Origin: an uncultured Marinifilum sp. | Lineage (GTDB): Bacteria > Bacteroidota > Bacteroidia > Bacteroidales > Marinifilaceae | Direction of reading: 5' to 3' | NCBI GenBank assembly: GCA_963677195.1 | Contig: OY781918.1 | Span: 420,923 to 484,922 of the forward strand | Length of the DNA stretch: 64,000 nucleotides | In this document: positions 1 through 7,725 of the stretch, one piece after another | How the letters are laid out: each line of letters begins with the position of its first letter | Position numbering within the stretch: position 1 is the stretch's first letter | Notes under the pieces: model-generated | What the model saw: the letters and a program-made list of their open reading frames with translations, nothing else | Database searches by the model: none | What the model was told of the DNA's origin: nothing | Translations under genes and position numbers: made by a program

Positions 1-269
1 CATTCTTTCCCGTTTATAATTGGGGTAACCAAATCTCCATCATTATCAATCACCGAAGTCCCTTGCTTCTCGATTTCCTGAATTCCCTTTTCAGTAAGAT
101 ACTCCTTAATATCAGGATAAATATCTGCAATAATTTGTTTTTCTTCCTCCTCCAATGGGGCTCCGGAATCTCCCTCTACACAACAAGCTCCGCAACATTT
201 CGAAATATCGCAAATAAACTTTTTCTCAATAACATCGAGACTTACTATGGCTTTTCCTATCTGTAACAC
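1..269 (-). CDS. DUF3109 family protein, N-terminal part (continues beyond left edge)
   Basis: The minus-strand frame is open from the window edge up to a GTG at 269-267. The translation VLQIGKAIVSLDVIEKKFICDISKCCGACCVEGDSGAPLEEEEKQII...DGDLVTPIINGKE matches the Cys-rich N-terminus I recall for Bacteroidota DUF3109 proteins. It is absent from the ORF track because no stop lies inside the window. Confidence 0.6.
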   Translation of the reverse strand, partial: MLQIGKAIVSLDVIEKKFICDISKCCGACCVEGDSGAPLEEEEKQIIADIYPDIKEYLTEKGIQEIEKQGTSVIDNDGDLVTPIINGKE

Positions 270-368
270 TATTTTATACTTTAAAAATTGTACCAGTCAA
301 GCTGATATAAAAATTCCGCACTATCGCGCAAAGATAGTACGGAATGTTATAAATACGGTTACAATCTT

Positions 369-1898
369 TTATTTTATCAAAGATTTTCCTGTCATATCTT
401 CCGGCTGCTCAATTCCCATGATATCTAACAATGTTGGAGCAACATCGGCTAAAATACCATTTTCAATTTCCTTTGGATTTTCTGTAACCCAAATACAAGG
501 AACTGGGTTTAAAGAGTGAGCTGTATTTGGTGATCCATCCGGATTTACAGCAAAATCGGCATTTCCATGATCGGCAATAATAATTACATCGTAACCATTT
601 GCTTTAGCCGCTTCAACAACTTGTTCGGCACATTTATCAACAGCCTGAACTGCTTTTGAGATTGCTTCGTAAACTCCTGTATGTCCTACCATATCGCCAT
701 TAGCGAAATTTAGACAAACAAAATCAGCTGATTTAGCATTTAATTCGGCAGTAATTTTATCGGCCACAGCTGGAGCCGACATTTCTGGTTGTAAATCGTA
801 AGTAGCTACTTTTGGAGAAGCCACTAATAATCTTTTTTCGCCTTCGAATTCAGCTTCTCTTCCGCCTGAGAAAAAGAAAGTTACGTGAGCATATTTTTCA
901 GTTTCGGCAATACGAATTTGCTTTCTTCCTGCATTTGCAACAACCTCACCCATAGTGTTTTTAACGTTATCTTTATCGTAGATTACATTAACACCCTTAA
1001 AGTTGGCATTGTAGCAAGTCATGGTATACCACTCAACATCCATAGTATGCATACCAAACTCCTGAAAATCTTCCTGAGTAAATACCGTTGTCATTTGGCG
1101 CAATCTATCGGTACGGAAATTGAAACAAATAACTACATCACCTTTTTCGATAGTAGCCAAAGGAGCATTATTTTCATCGACCATAACTGCAGGCTTAACA
1201 AATTCATCGGTTACACCTTCGGCATACGATTCCTCCATTGCAGCAACAGCGCTTTTTGAAGCTTTGCCCTCTCCTTTTGTATATAAATCGTAAGCAAGCT
1301 TAACACGATCCCAATTGGTGTCTCTATCCATTCCATAGTAACGCCCAATTATTGAAGCAAACTTAGCCGACCCAGTTTTTTCAATAGCTTCAGAAAATTC
1401 TTTTACAAATCCTAAACCCGATTTAGGATCTGTATCACGTCCATCGGTTAAACCGTGAACAAATACATCTTTCAAACCAAAAGCCTGAGCTGCTTTACAT
1501 AAAGCAATTGCATGAGAACTTAAAGAGTGAACACCACCATCGCCAATCAAACCAATTAAATGAACTTTTTTTCCATTCTCTTTGGCATGAGTAAAAGCTT
1601 TAACAACTTGCTCGTTATCTTTAAGCGTATCTTTTTCTACAGCCATGTTTATTTTCACCAAATCCTGATAAACTACACGACCAGCACCAATATTTAGGTG
1701 TCCAACTTCTGAATTACCCATTTGACCGTCAGGAAGACCAACAAATCTGCCTGCTGCCTGTAACTGAGAATTTGGATATTTCGCCAACAAACTATCCATG
1801 TATGGAGTTGCTACCGAAGAAATTACATCTGCGTTTGATTTATCACCAATCCCCCATCCGTCAAGGATCATCAATAATGCTTTTTTATTATCTGTCAT
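369..1898 (-). CDS. gpmI: 2,3-bisphosphoglycerate-independent phosphoglycerate mutase
   Basis: A 509-aa ORF with [10 protein letters not shown] at the N-terminus, [13 protein letters not shown], and ADHGNA near the C-terminus. These are typical of iPGM. Confidence 0.95.
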   Translation of the reverse strand: MTDNKKALLMILDGWGIGDKSNADVISSVATPYMDSLLAKYPNSQLQAAGRFVGLPDGQMGNSEVGHLNIGAGRVVYQDLVKINMAVEKDTLKDNEQVVKAFTHAKENGKKVHLIGLIGDGGVHSLSSHAIALCKAAQAFGLKDVFVHGLTDGRDTDPKSGLGFVKEFSEAIEKTGSAKFASIIGRYYGMDRDTNWDRVKLAYDLYTKGEGKASKSAVAAMEESYAEGVTDEFVKPAVMVDENNAPLATIEKGDVVICFNFRTDRLRQMTTVFTQEDFQEFGMHTMDVEWYTMTCYNANFKGVNVIYDKDNVKNTMGEVVANAGRKQIRIAETEKYAHVTFFFSGGREAEFEGEKRLLVASPKVATYDLQPEMSAPAVADKITAELNAKSADFVCLNFANGDMVGHTGVYEAISKAVQAVDKCAEQVVEAAKANGYDVIIIADHGNADFAVNPDGSPNTAHSLNPVPCIWVTENPKEIENGILADVAPTLLDIMGIEQPEDMTGKSLIK

Positions 1899-1949
1899 TT
1901 TCGAAGTATTTTATATCTTAAATTCTTTTACTACCCGATCTAAGTCTTG

Positions 1950-1957
1950 CAAAATTA
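1950..1957 (-). promoter_or_regulatory. Candidate Bacteroidota -7 box (TAATTTTG) for gpmI
   Basis: Plus-strand CAAAATTA is TAnnTTTG on the minus strand, about 50 nt upstream of the gpmI ATG at 1898. Confidence 0.4.
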
Positions 1958-2219
1958 TTGTATTAATTCAAATAAAAAAATTAGTTAGAGACTTGAATTA
2001 CTTGATTTTAGATCGAAAACGTTTGTTTTTATATAATTTATTGAAACTTTAACTTTTATTATCAGTTTCTTATTGACAAATACACTTTATTAAAAATCAA
2101 ACCAAAAGTTACTATGTCAATTAGAAAAACCATCTATTTCCGGAGAAGCACTTCAATAAAGTTTCAATATCTTTAAATACGCACCTACTACTACCTTTAT
2201 TCCAATGCATTTCAATTTG

Positions 2220-2411
2220 TCAGGTCCGAACAATTAATTCGCATTCTATACAATAAAACAATTTCCAATCTTTTGCCTTTGAGGTAAAGGAATCTTGAAA
2301 AGTTCCATTTTGATGCATTTCTATCCTACTGGTTAAATCTTTAGTATAACCTACATAATAAATCCCTAACTTAGAACTAACCAATATGTAAACTTCAATT
2401 TTCATGATCAA
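2220..2411 (-). pseudogene. Truncated copy of the GIY-YIG nuclease family gene (C-terminal third lost)
   Basis: The 63-aa ORF is identical to the first 58 residues of the 97-aa ORF at 2572..2865, then diverges (LIVRT stop). It lacks the conserved ARRIEKxIK C-terminal part. Confidence 0.75.
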
Positions 2412-2540
2412 AATTGATGGAATTTTACTTTTTTGCCAAGACTACCCAATTAAAAAAACACCAAACTCTCTTGAAAATTAATATAACAAAAAAAGAGAGA
2501 AAAACATTTCGCTTTTCTCTCTTTTCGTGGTACCACCTGG
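2231..2540 (-). repeat. Duplicated unit: partial GIY-YIG gene, spacer, tRNA terminator and 13 nt of tRNA-Phe 3' end
   Basis: 2237..2540 (304 nt) aligns nearly base for base with 2691..2889 plus 4367..4471. That second copy is the intact one, interrupted by the IS. I saw only two mismatches in the spacer. Confidence 0.85.
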
Positions 2541-2566
2541 CCCCGAAAGCTTTCGGGACGAACCAG
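2528..2566 (-). pseudogene. tRNA-Phe 3' remnant with the T-loop replaced by a 16-nt perfect palindrome
   Basis: TGGTACCACCTGG (2528-2540) equals the 3' acceptor and T-stem of the intact tRNA-Phe. CGAACCAG (2559-2566) equals the other T-stem side. CCCGAAAGCTTTCGGG (2542-2557) lies between them where the tRNA has only AAT. No D-arm or anticodon arm follows. Confidence 0.7.
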
Positions 2567-2571
2567 AAGCA

Positions 2572-2865
2572 CTATTTATACTTTTGTAATAACTTGAATG
2601 AAATTTCAGAATACTTTGGTAAATTCTCAATATACTTCTTACTTTTCATTCTTTTTATATGCTTTTCTATTCGTCGCGCCTGTACAATAGATTCGCATTC
2701 TATACAATAAAACAATTTCCAATCTTTTGCCTTTGAGGTAAAGGAATCTTGAAAAGTTCCATTTTGATGCATTTCTATCCTACTGGTTAAATCTTTAGTA
2801 TAACCTACATAATAAATCCCTAACTTAGAACTAACCAATATGTAAACTTCAATTTTCATGATCAA
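2572..2865 (-). CDS. GIY-YIG nuclease family protein (small, UPF0213-like)
   Basis: A 97-aa ORF with VYILVSSKLGIYYVGYTKDLTSRIEMHQNG, which is the GIY..YxG and R..xH pattern, followed by ARRIEKHIKRMKSKKYIENL. Confidence 0.8.
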   Translation of the reverse strand: MIMKIEVYILVSSKLGIYYVGYTKDLTSRIEMHQNGTFQDSFTSKAKDWKLFYCIECESIVQARRIEKHIKRMKSKKYIENLPKYSEISFKLLQKYK

Positions 2866-2932
2866 AAATGATGGAATTTTACTTTTTTGGGGTCACCATC
2901 AAAAGTTGGGTCTACTCCACAATTTTTTTTAG

Positions 2933-3928
2933 CTAAGCAAAAATTTTAGATAACCTAAAAAGGAAGAAATCTAAATCAACAATCCCTCTTAAAGATCTTC
3001 TGAAATTTTTAATTTTAGCATTTAAAGATTCGGCAAAAGCGTTTGTACTTCTATTCAAGAAATAATTAACAATTTGTTTATGATGTACTTCAAAAGTTCT
3101 TTTTATTGAATTAAAAGAATCCATTCCGGCTCTTTCAATTTCATCGAACCATTGTGCTAGTTTAAGTCTTGCTACATTTGGTTCTAAAGATTGATTGTAT
3201 ATTTTTCTAAGTCCATCCGAGAGCCTGTATGCTTTCTTAATTTCGGGAAATCTTTCAAATAATAAACGAGCTCTGATTTCTTGAGATGTAGTCCATTTTT
3301 CCGGAGATTTATACAATGCATAACGAGCTCTAGCCATCAATTGTCGCAGTGTATCACCATTTTCCAATATTTCAGGTTTATACAATTTTCCTTCTAATTT
3401 CGCTTTCTTATACTCTGCATTTTCATCATCTATTATCTTCCACCTATGCTTAATTCTAAGCTCTTGTACGGCATCATTGGCCAGCTTTTGCACATGAAAT
3501 CGATCTGTAGTGATTTCAGCTTTTAGAAAACATTTTCTTACGATCTTATTCATGCTACCAGCCATGTCAAGAGTAACTTCTTTAACGGTATAGCGCAACT
3601 CTTCTGAAATGTGTTCGCGAATTAAACTTATAATGGAATCAGCTTGCGTTCCGTTAAACACACCAACCAAGCTACCTTGCTTTCCTTTTTTATCTTTGTT
3701 ACTGAGAATGGTATACAACTCTCCATTTGAAAAGGCTGTTTCATCAAGAGCTAAATTAGAACCTATGTTTTCAGGAAATATCAGGTAATCTTTGGCGTGT
3801 AGCTTTTTATCCCATTGATCAAAACCACTTAAATTTGTTTTGTACTGTCTTCGAAATTTATCACCATTTATTCCTAAATATATTTCAAGGCTTTTAATAC
3901 TGATCGCATTAAAATCGACTAACTTCTT
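2933..3928 (-). CDS. ISL3/ISAon1-family transposase, catalytic (DDE) part; frame open from 3928, no credible own start
   Basis: The ORF track starts it at a TTG (3718), but the same frame is open upstream to 3928. That upstream part encodes ..LALDETAFSNGELYT.., which is the first acidic-residue region of DDE_Tnp_ISL3. TLDMAGSM and TTDRFHVQK follow. It lies +1 relative to the upstream ORF. Confidence 0.75.
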   Translation of the reverse strand, partial: KKLVDFNAISIKSLEIYLGINGDKFRRQYKTNLSGFDQWDKKLHAKDYLIFPENIGSNLALDETAFSNGELYTILSNKDKKGKQGSLVGVFNGTQADSIISLIREHISEELRYTVKEVTLDMAGSMNKIVRKCFLKAEITTDRFHVQKLANDAVQELRIKHRWKIIDDENAEYKKAKLEGKLYKPEILENGDTLRQLMARARYALYKSPEKWTTSQEIRARLLFERFPEIKKAYRLSDGLRKIYNQSLEPNVARLKLAQWFDEIERAGMDSFNSIKRTFEVHHKQIVNYFLNRSTNAFAESLNAKIKNFRRSLRGIVDLDFFLFRLSKIFA

Positions 3929-4283
3929 TTAAAAAAGCAGAATACTCTGCAGACATGCGAGTTCCTGAAATGATCAAATTCCAATCTCTACTTACTTTTT
4001 TACTCTTGCCATCAACAACAACATCCCAACGACGACGCTTGACATTAAGCTTAACTAACATATCTCGAATGGGATAATCTTCTATTTCTCGTGCTGGCAT
4101 AAAACCACTGGCTTTGATAGAATAATCCTTATATTCCTCAGGAATAATCTTCTTTTCTTCTAAATAAATAGTTAATCTTCTTTCGTAAATTTCTTTCCCG
4201 CTAGAAACCTCTTTAAAATCTATTATATTAAAATAATCTAAAAGACCTTCTGGAAAAAATAGTGAGAGTAGTGACTTTTGCAT
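3909..4283 (-). CDS. ISL3/ISAon1-family transposase N-terminal region protein
   Basis: A 124-aa ORF immediately upstream of the DDE part inside the IS, overlapping it by about 20 nt in another frame. Confidence 0.7.
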   Translation of the reverse strand: MQKSLLSLFFPEGLLDYFNIIDFKEVSSGKEIYERRLTIYLEEKKIIPEEYKDYSIKASGFMPAREIEDYPIRDMLVKLNVKRRRWDVVVDGKSKKVSRDWNLIISGTRMSAEYSAFLKEVSRF

Positions 4284-4416
4284 ATATAATCTAAAGTGTT
4301 TTTTCTATCAGCAAAGGTATTCCTTTTTGTACGCAGACCCAACTTTTGAAACTGATCCCTTTTTTGCCAAGACTACCCAATTAAAAAAGCACCAAACTCT
4401 CTTGAAAATTAATATA

Positions 4417-4453
4417 ACAAAAAAAGAGAGAAAAACATTTCGCTTTTCTCTCT
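4417..4453 (-). terminator. Rho-independent terminator downstream of tRNA-Phe
   Basis: A perfect 10-bp stem, AGAGAGAAAA (4425-4434) with TTTTCTCTCT (4444-4453), is followed on the minus strand by TTTTTTG. A second copy lies at about 2485-2521 in the duplicated unit. Confidence 0.7.
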
Positions 4454-4458
4454 TTTCG

Positions 4459-4531
4459 TGGTACCACCTGGAATCGAACCAGGGACACATGGATTTTCAG
4501 TCCATTGCTCTACCAACTGAGCTATGGTACC
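4459..4531 (-). tRNA. tRNA-Phe (anticodon GAA)
   Basis: The reverse complement GGTACCATAGCTCAGTTGGTAGAGCAATGGACTGAAAATCCATGTGTCCCTGGTTCGATTCCAGGTGGTACCA folds as a cloverleaf. It has a 7-bp acceptor stem, anticodon loop CTGAAAA and a GGTTCGATTCC T-arm. No CCA is encoded. Confidence 0.95.
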
Positions 4532-4542
4532 CTTTGGTGCTA

Positions 4543-4550
4543 CAAATGTA
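4543..4550 (-). promoter_or_regulatory. Candidate -7 box (TACATTTG) for tRNA-Phe
   Basis: Plus-strand CAAATGTA is TAnnTTTG on the minus strand, ending 12 nt upstream of the tRNA 5' end. Confidence 0.5.
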
Positions 4551-4775
4551 AGTAAAAATCCTATTTGGCAAAACTATTTACCTCTATGATTTAGCCTAAT
4601 CAATTCAATAGATATCCAAAACTATTAAGTATCAATTTTTTCGCTTGCTATTTAGATTTATTTCAAATATTAAATCTTTTTAAAAAGCAATAAATAGCCA
4701 AATATAAAGTTAAAATTAAACAGGGTATGATTTTTGATATATCAAAGCAAATACTAATGATTAAAATTAACCTTC

Positions 4776-6074
4776 ATGACTTATATTTCATTGAATAGAT
4801 CGACAATACACTTTTTATTAACTTTCTTAATTTCCTTCTCTTTTCTCTCCTGTAACGATGATGATAATAATTCGGAAAGAGAAGATTCCAGTACTATATT
4901 TGAAAGTATTGATGCAACAATGAATGAGTGGTATTTGTGGAATACTGACATTCCTAATGTAAATTCTTCGAATTACTCTTCGGTTAATGATTATTTTGAA
5001 GATTTATTGGTTTCGCAAGACCGATGGAGTTATATAGCTAACCTTCAGGATTTATTAGCTTACTTTGAAAACGGAACATATACTGGTTATGGGCTTGCTT
5101 TTAAATTTGACCAAAACGATGACTTAAGAGTAAAATTAATTTTTGAAACATCGCCTTTAGTAGCAGAAGGAATAACACGTGGATGGAAATTAGTAGAAAT
5201 TAATGACAATACTATTGCCAATTTAACAGATGAACAAATACTTGACGAATTGGATAAATCGTCGGCAAATTTCGTTTTTGAAAATAATTTGGGTGAAATA
5301 AAAGAATTCTCTGCAAATCAGATTGAGCTCGATCAAAATTCAGTACTAAAAAAAGATGTAATTAATTATAAGGGAACAAAAGTTGCCTATTTAGCATTTG
5401 ACAGTTTTATTGGTAGCTCGGAGGATGATTTAAATGAAACTTTCGATTATTTTAAGGCAGAAAATGCCGAAGAGTTAGTTTTAGATCTTCGCTATAATGG
5501 TGGAGGAAGTACTTACATTTCCAATCAGCTTGCCAGCTTAATTACAGGTAATATTTATCAAAGTGAAATTTACTCCAAAACATTTCACAATGATTCTAAA
5601 AGCGAAGAAAATTTTAGCGAAGCATTTTCCGATCAGGCATCGGCATTTGGTTTTAATCGTGTATTTATTATTACAACATCCTCAACCGCCTCGGCTAGCG
5701 AAATGGTAATTAATGGCCTAAAACCTTATTTAGGAAATGAGAATGTAATATTAATTGGAAGCAAAACCCACGGCAAACCAGTAGGAATGTATGTTTTTGA
5801 GGTAGAAGAATACGATTTGGCTATTGTACCTATTAGTTTTTCCATAACCAATGCCAATGATGAAGGAGATTATTTTGAAGGCATACCTGTTGATTATGAA
5901 ATATCAGATGACCTAAGTCATGATTTTGGAGATATTAATGAGTCAAACTTTAAAGCTGCTTTAGACTATATTAGCCAAGGGAGTTTTCCCGTTATAACTG
6001 CAGCAAAATCTTTATCAACAACAGAAAGAGAATTCAAGAAAAAAGGATTAGAAGAATTAATTGATGCGAATTAA
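4776..6074 (+). CDS. S41 family (C-terminal processing type) peptidase, lipoprotein
   Basis: A 432-aa ORF with signal peptide ..FSFLSC. Motifs are LDLRYNGGGS, TSSTASASEMV (Ser nucleophile region) and GSKTHGKPVG (Lys). Confidence 0.8.
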   Translation: MTYISLNRSTIHFLLTFLISFSFLSCNDDDNNSEREDSSTIFESIDATMNEWYLWNTDIPNVNSSNYSSVNDYFEDLLVSQDRWSYIANLQDLLAYFENGTYTGYGLAFKFDQNDDLRVKLIFETSPLVAEGITRGWKLVEINDNTIANLTDEQILDELDKSSANFVFENNLGEIKEFSANQIELDQNSVLKKDVINYKGTKVAYLAFDSFIGSSEDDLNETFDYFKAENAEELVLDLRYNGGGSTYISNQLASLITGNIYQSEIYSKTFHNDSKSEENFSEAFSDQASAFGFNRVFIITTSSTASASEMVINGLKPYLGNENVILIGSKTHGKPVGMYVFEVEEYDLAIVPISFSITNANDEGDYFEGIPVDYEISDDLSHDFGDINESNFKAALDYISQGSFPVITAAKSLSTTEREFKKKGLEELIDAN

Positions 6075-6100
6075 AAACCAAATGTAATTCATAAAAAAAA

Positions 6101-6124
6101 GCCGATCAAAATGATCGGCTTTTT
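6101..6124. terminator. Bidirectional rho-independent terminator (S41 peptidase and tandem tRNA-Phe)
   Basis: The stem GCCGATC..GATCGGC is flanked by A8 upstream and T5 downstream. It sits between convergent transcription units. Confidence 0.65.
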
Positions 6125-6125
6125 G

Positions 6126-6198
6126 TGGTACCACCTGGAATCGAACCAGGGACACATGGATTTTCAGTCCATTGCTCTACCAACTGAGCTATGGTACC
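6126..6198 (-). tRNA. tRNA-Phe (anticodon GAA), copy 2
   Basis: The 73 nt are identical to 4459..4531. Confidence 0.95.
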
Positions 6199-6228
6199 CC
6201 TTGGTATTTTACTCGAAGAAAAAGGATG

Positions 6229-6301
6229 TGGTACCACCTGGAATCGAACCAGGGACACATGGATTTTCAGTCCATTGCTCTACCAACTGAGCTATGGTAC
6301 C
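6229..6301 (-). tRNA. tRNA-Phe (anticodon GAA), copy 3
   Basis: The 73 nt are identical to 4459..4531, separated from copy 2 by a 30-nt spacer. Confidence 0.95.
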
Positions 6302-6319
6302 CTCTTTACTTGAGCGATG

Positions 6320-6327
6320 CAAAAGTA
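6320..6327 (-). promoter_or_regulatory. Candidate -7 box (TACTTTTG) with upstream TTTG for the tandem tRNA-Phe pair
   Basis: Plus-strand CAAAAGTA lies 19 nt upstream of the tRNA 5' end. A CAAA at 6347-6350 (TTTG on the minus strand) sits 19 nt further upstream, which fits the -33/-7 spacing described for Bacteroides promoters. Confidence 0.55.
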
Positions 6328-6401
6328 CGTAAAAATTTTACACCTCCAAATAAAATCAAGAAAATTAGAAAGGAAATTTAATCGGATTGTAAACTTCTTG
6401 T

Positions 6402-6409
6402 TACCTTTG
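6402..6409 (+). promoter_or_regulatory. Candidate -7 box (TACCTTTG) for the M16 peptidase gene
   Basis: TAnnTTTG lies 20 nt upstream of the ATG at 6429. Confidence 0.45.
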
Positions 6410-6428
6410 CAGCCTAATAAAAAAGTAT

Positions 6429-7649
6429 ATGATATTCGAAACTCACACATTATCAAATGGTATCCGTCTAATTCATCGTCCGGTAAGTGCCAATGTAGCA
6501 CATTGCGGAATTATTTTGAATACGGGTTCGCGAGATGAGAAAGAAGAAGAATGGGGAATTGCTCATTTTATAGAGCATGTGGTGTTTAAAGGAACAACAA
6601 AGCGTAAAGCATATCATATTCTAAGTAGAATGGAAGATGTTGGTGGAGAATTAAATGCCTATACAACCAAGGAAGAAACCTGTGTTTATACAACCTTTCT
6701 TAATAAAGATTACAAAAGAGCTCTTGAGCTTATAAGCGATATTACCTTTAATTCTGTTTTCCCAGAAAAAGAACTCGAAAAGGAAAAAGAAGTAATTCTA
6801 GATGAAATTAACTCGTACAAAGATTCTCCTTCGGAATTAATCTTTGATGATTTTGAAGAATTAATTTTCACTAAGGATCCAATTGGTAGAAATATTTTAG
6901 GAACACCTAAGCATATAAAAGCTTTTAAACGCGATGATATTTTAAATTTTATCAAGAATAATTACCATACCGATCAGATGGTAATTAGTTCGGTTGGAAA
7001 TATCGAGTTTAAGAAATTAGTTAAAATGGTCGAGAAATTTTTTGGCCACATTGCTAAAAATATTCGTACCTACGAAAGAATTAAACCAAATTCATACATA
7101 CCAAGAACTAAAACTATAGAAAAAAACACTTTTCAAAGACATTGTGTTTTAGGAAATATAGCTTACGATGCCAACGACGAAAGAAGAATACCTCTTTCGC
7201 TTTTAACAAATATTTTAGGCGGTCCAGGTATGAATTCCCGCTTAAATTTATCGCTTCGTGAAAAACACGGATTAGCATACAATATTGAAGCAAACTACTC
7301 TCCCTATGCAGATACTGGAGTTTTCAGTATTTATTTTGGAACAGATAAAGGTTATCTTGATAAATGCTTACAATTGATCCACAAAGAAATGGACTTGCTT
7401 TGCTCTAAAAAGTTAGGGCCGGGACAGTTAACAAAAGCTAAAAATCAAATGATTGGTCAAATTGCTATCTCCTCCGAAAACAATGAAAATTTAATGTTGA
7501 ATGTAGGAAAAAGCTTTCTTCTTTACAATCGTGTTGATTCACTTGAAGAAATTTATCAAAAAGTTGAAGATATTACAGCAGAACAGTTACTAGAAGTTGC
7601 AAAAGAAATTTTAGATAAGAATAAATTAACCACTTTAATGTATAAGTAG
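6429..7649 (+). CDS. M16 (pitrilysin/insulinase) family zinc peptidase
   Basis: A 406-aa ORF with the inverted zinc motif HFIEH (HxxEH) near the N-terminus, followed by NAYTTKEET. Confidence 0.85.
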   Translation: MIFETHTLSNGIRLIHRPVSANVAHCGIILNTGSRDEKEEEWGIAHFIEHVVFKGTTKRKAYHILSRMEDVGGELNAYTTKEETCVYTTFLNKDYKRALELISDITFNSVFPEKELEKEKEVILDEINSYKDSPSELIFDDFEELIFTKDPIGRNILGTPKHIKAFKRDDILNFIKNNYHTDQMVISSVGNIEFKKLVKMVEKFFGHIAKNIRTYERIKPNSYIPRTKTIEKNTFQRHCVLGNIAYDANDERRIPLSLLTNILGGPGMNSRLNLSLREKHGLAYNIEANYSPYADTGVFSIYFGTDKGYLDKCLQLIHKEMDLLCSKKLGPGQLTKAKNQMIGQIAISSENNENLMLNVGKSFLLYNRVDSLEEIYQKVEDITAEQLLEVAKEILDKNKLTTLMYK

Positions 7650-7725
7650 TATGTAAAAGCCGAATCGCTACTAGTCCAACTACAAAAAAATTATATAGTA
7701 AACATCATAAAATTAGTTTCTAAGA

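Larger units (their letters stand above)
2890..4358 (-). mobile_element. ISL3/ISAon1-like insertion sequence (about 1.47 kb)
   Basis: Imperfect terminal inverted repeats are GGGTCACCATCAAAAGTTGGGTCT (2890-) and the reverse complement of 4358 backwards, GGATCAGTTTCAAAAGTTGGGTCT. The 8-bp direct repeat CTTTTTTG flanks it at 2882-2889 and 4359-4366. The uninterrupted paralogous target (..TTTTACTTTTTTGCCAAGAC.. at 2424-2443) acts as an empty site. Two transposase ORFs lie inside. Confidence 0.85.

Noticed and set aside
885-1259. Many track ORFs lie antisense or out of frame inside long, well-supported genes. Examples are 885..1259, 15808..16128, 18253..18522, 20355..20633, 25742..26026, 40337..40663, 41311..41610, 42347..42583, 42741..43034, 22036..22287, 28872..29066, 33773..33982 and 58463..58762.
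   Set aside because: Each is fully embedded in a longer ORF with clear family motifs. Their translations are compositionally odd (Ile/Phe/Ser/Leu-rich shadows typical of AT-rich DNA), and none has a recognisable domain.
2414-2710. Several track ORFs cross tRNA genes, their terminators or the duplicated spacer. They are 2414..2710 (+), 4308..4490 (-), 4327..4551 (+), 6172..6381 (+), 6292..6501 (-) and 6317..6538 (+).
   Set aside because: They are read through tRNA-Phe sequence, terminator hairpins or promoter DNA. They have low-complexity translations and no family resemblance, so I treat them as non-coding.
2231-2889. A possible CRISPR-like or other short-repeat array at the left end.
   Set aside because: There are only two copies of a long (about 300 nt) repeat containing coding sequence. 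There is no short repeat/spacer periodicity, and no cas genes occur anywhere in the window.
2220-6301. A genomic island or prophage integrated at tRNA-Phe, suggested by the tRNA 3'-end direct repeat.
   Set aside because: No integrase, excisionase or phage gene is present. The repeat extends well beyond a tRNA 3' att core, covering about 300 nt including the spacer and part of the GIY-YIG gene. A local tandem duplication explains it better.
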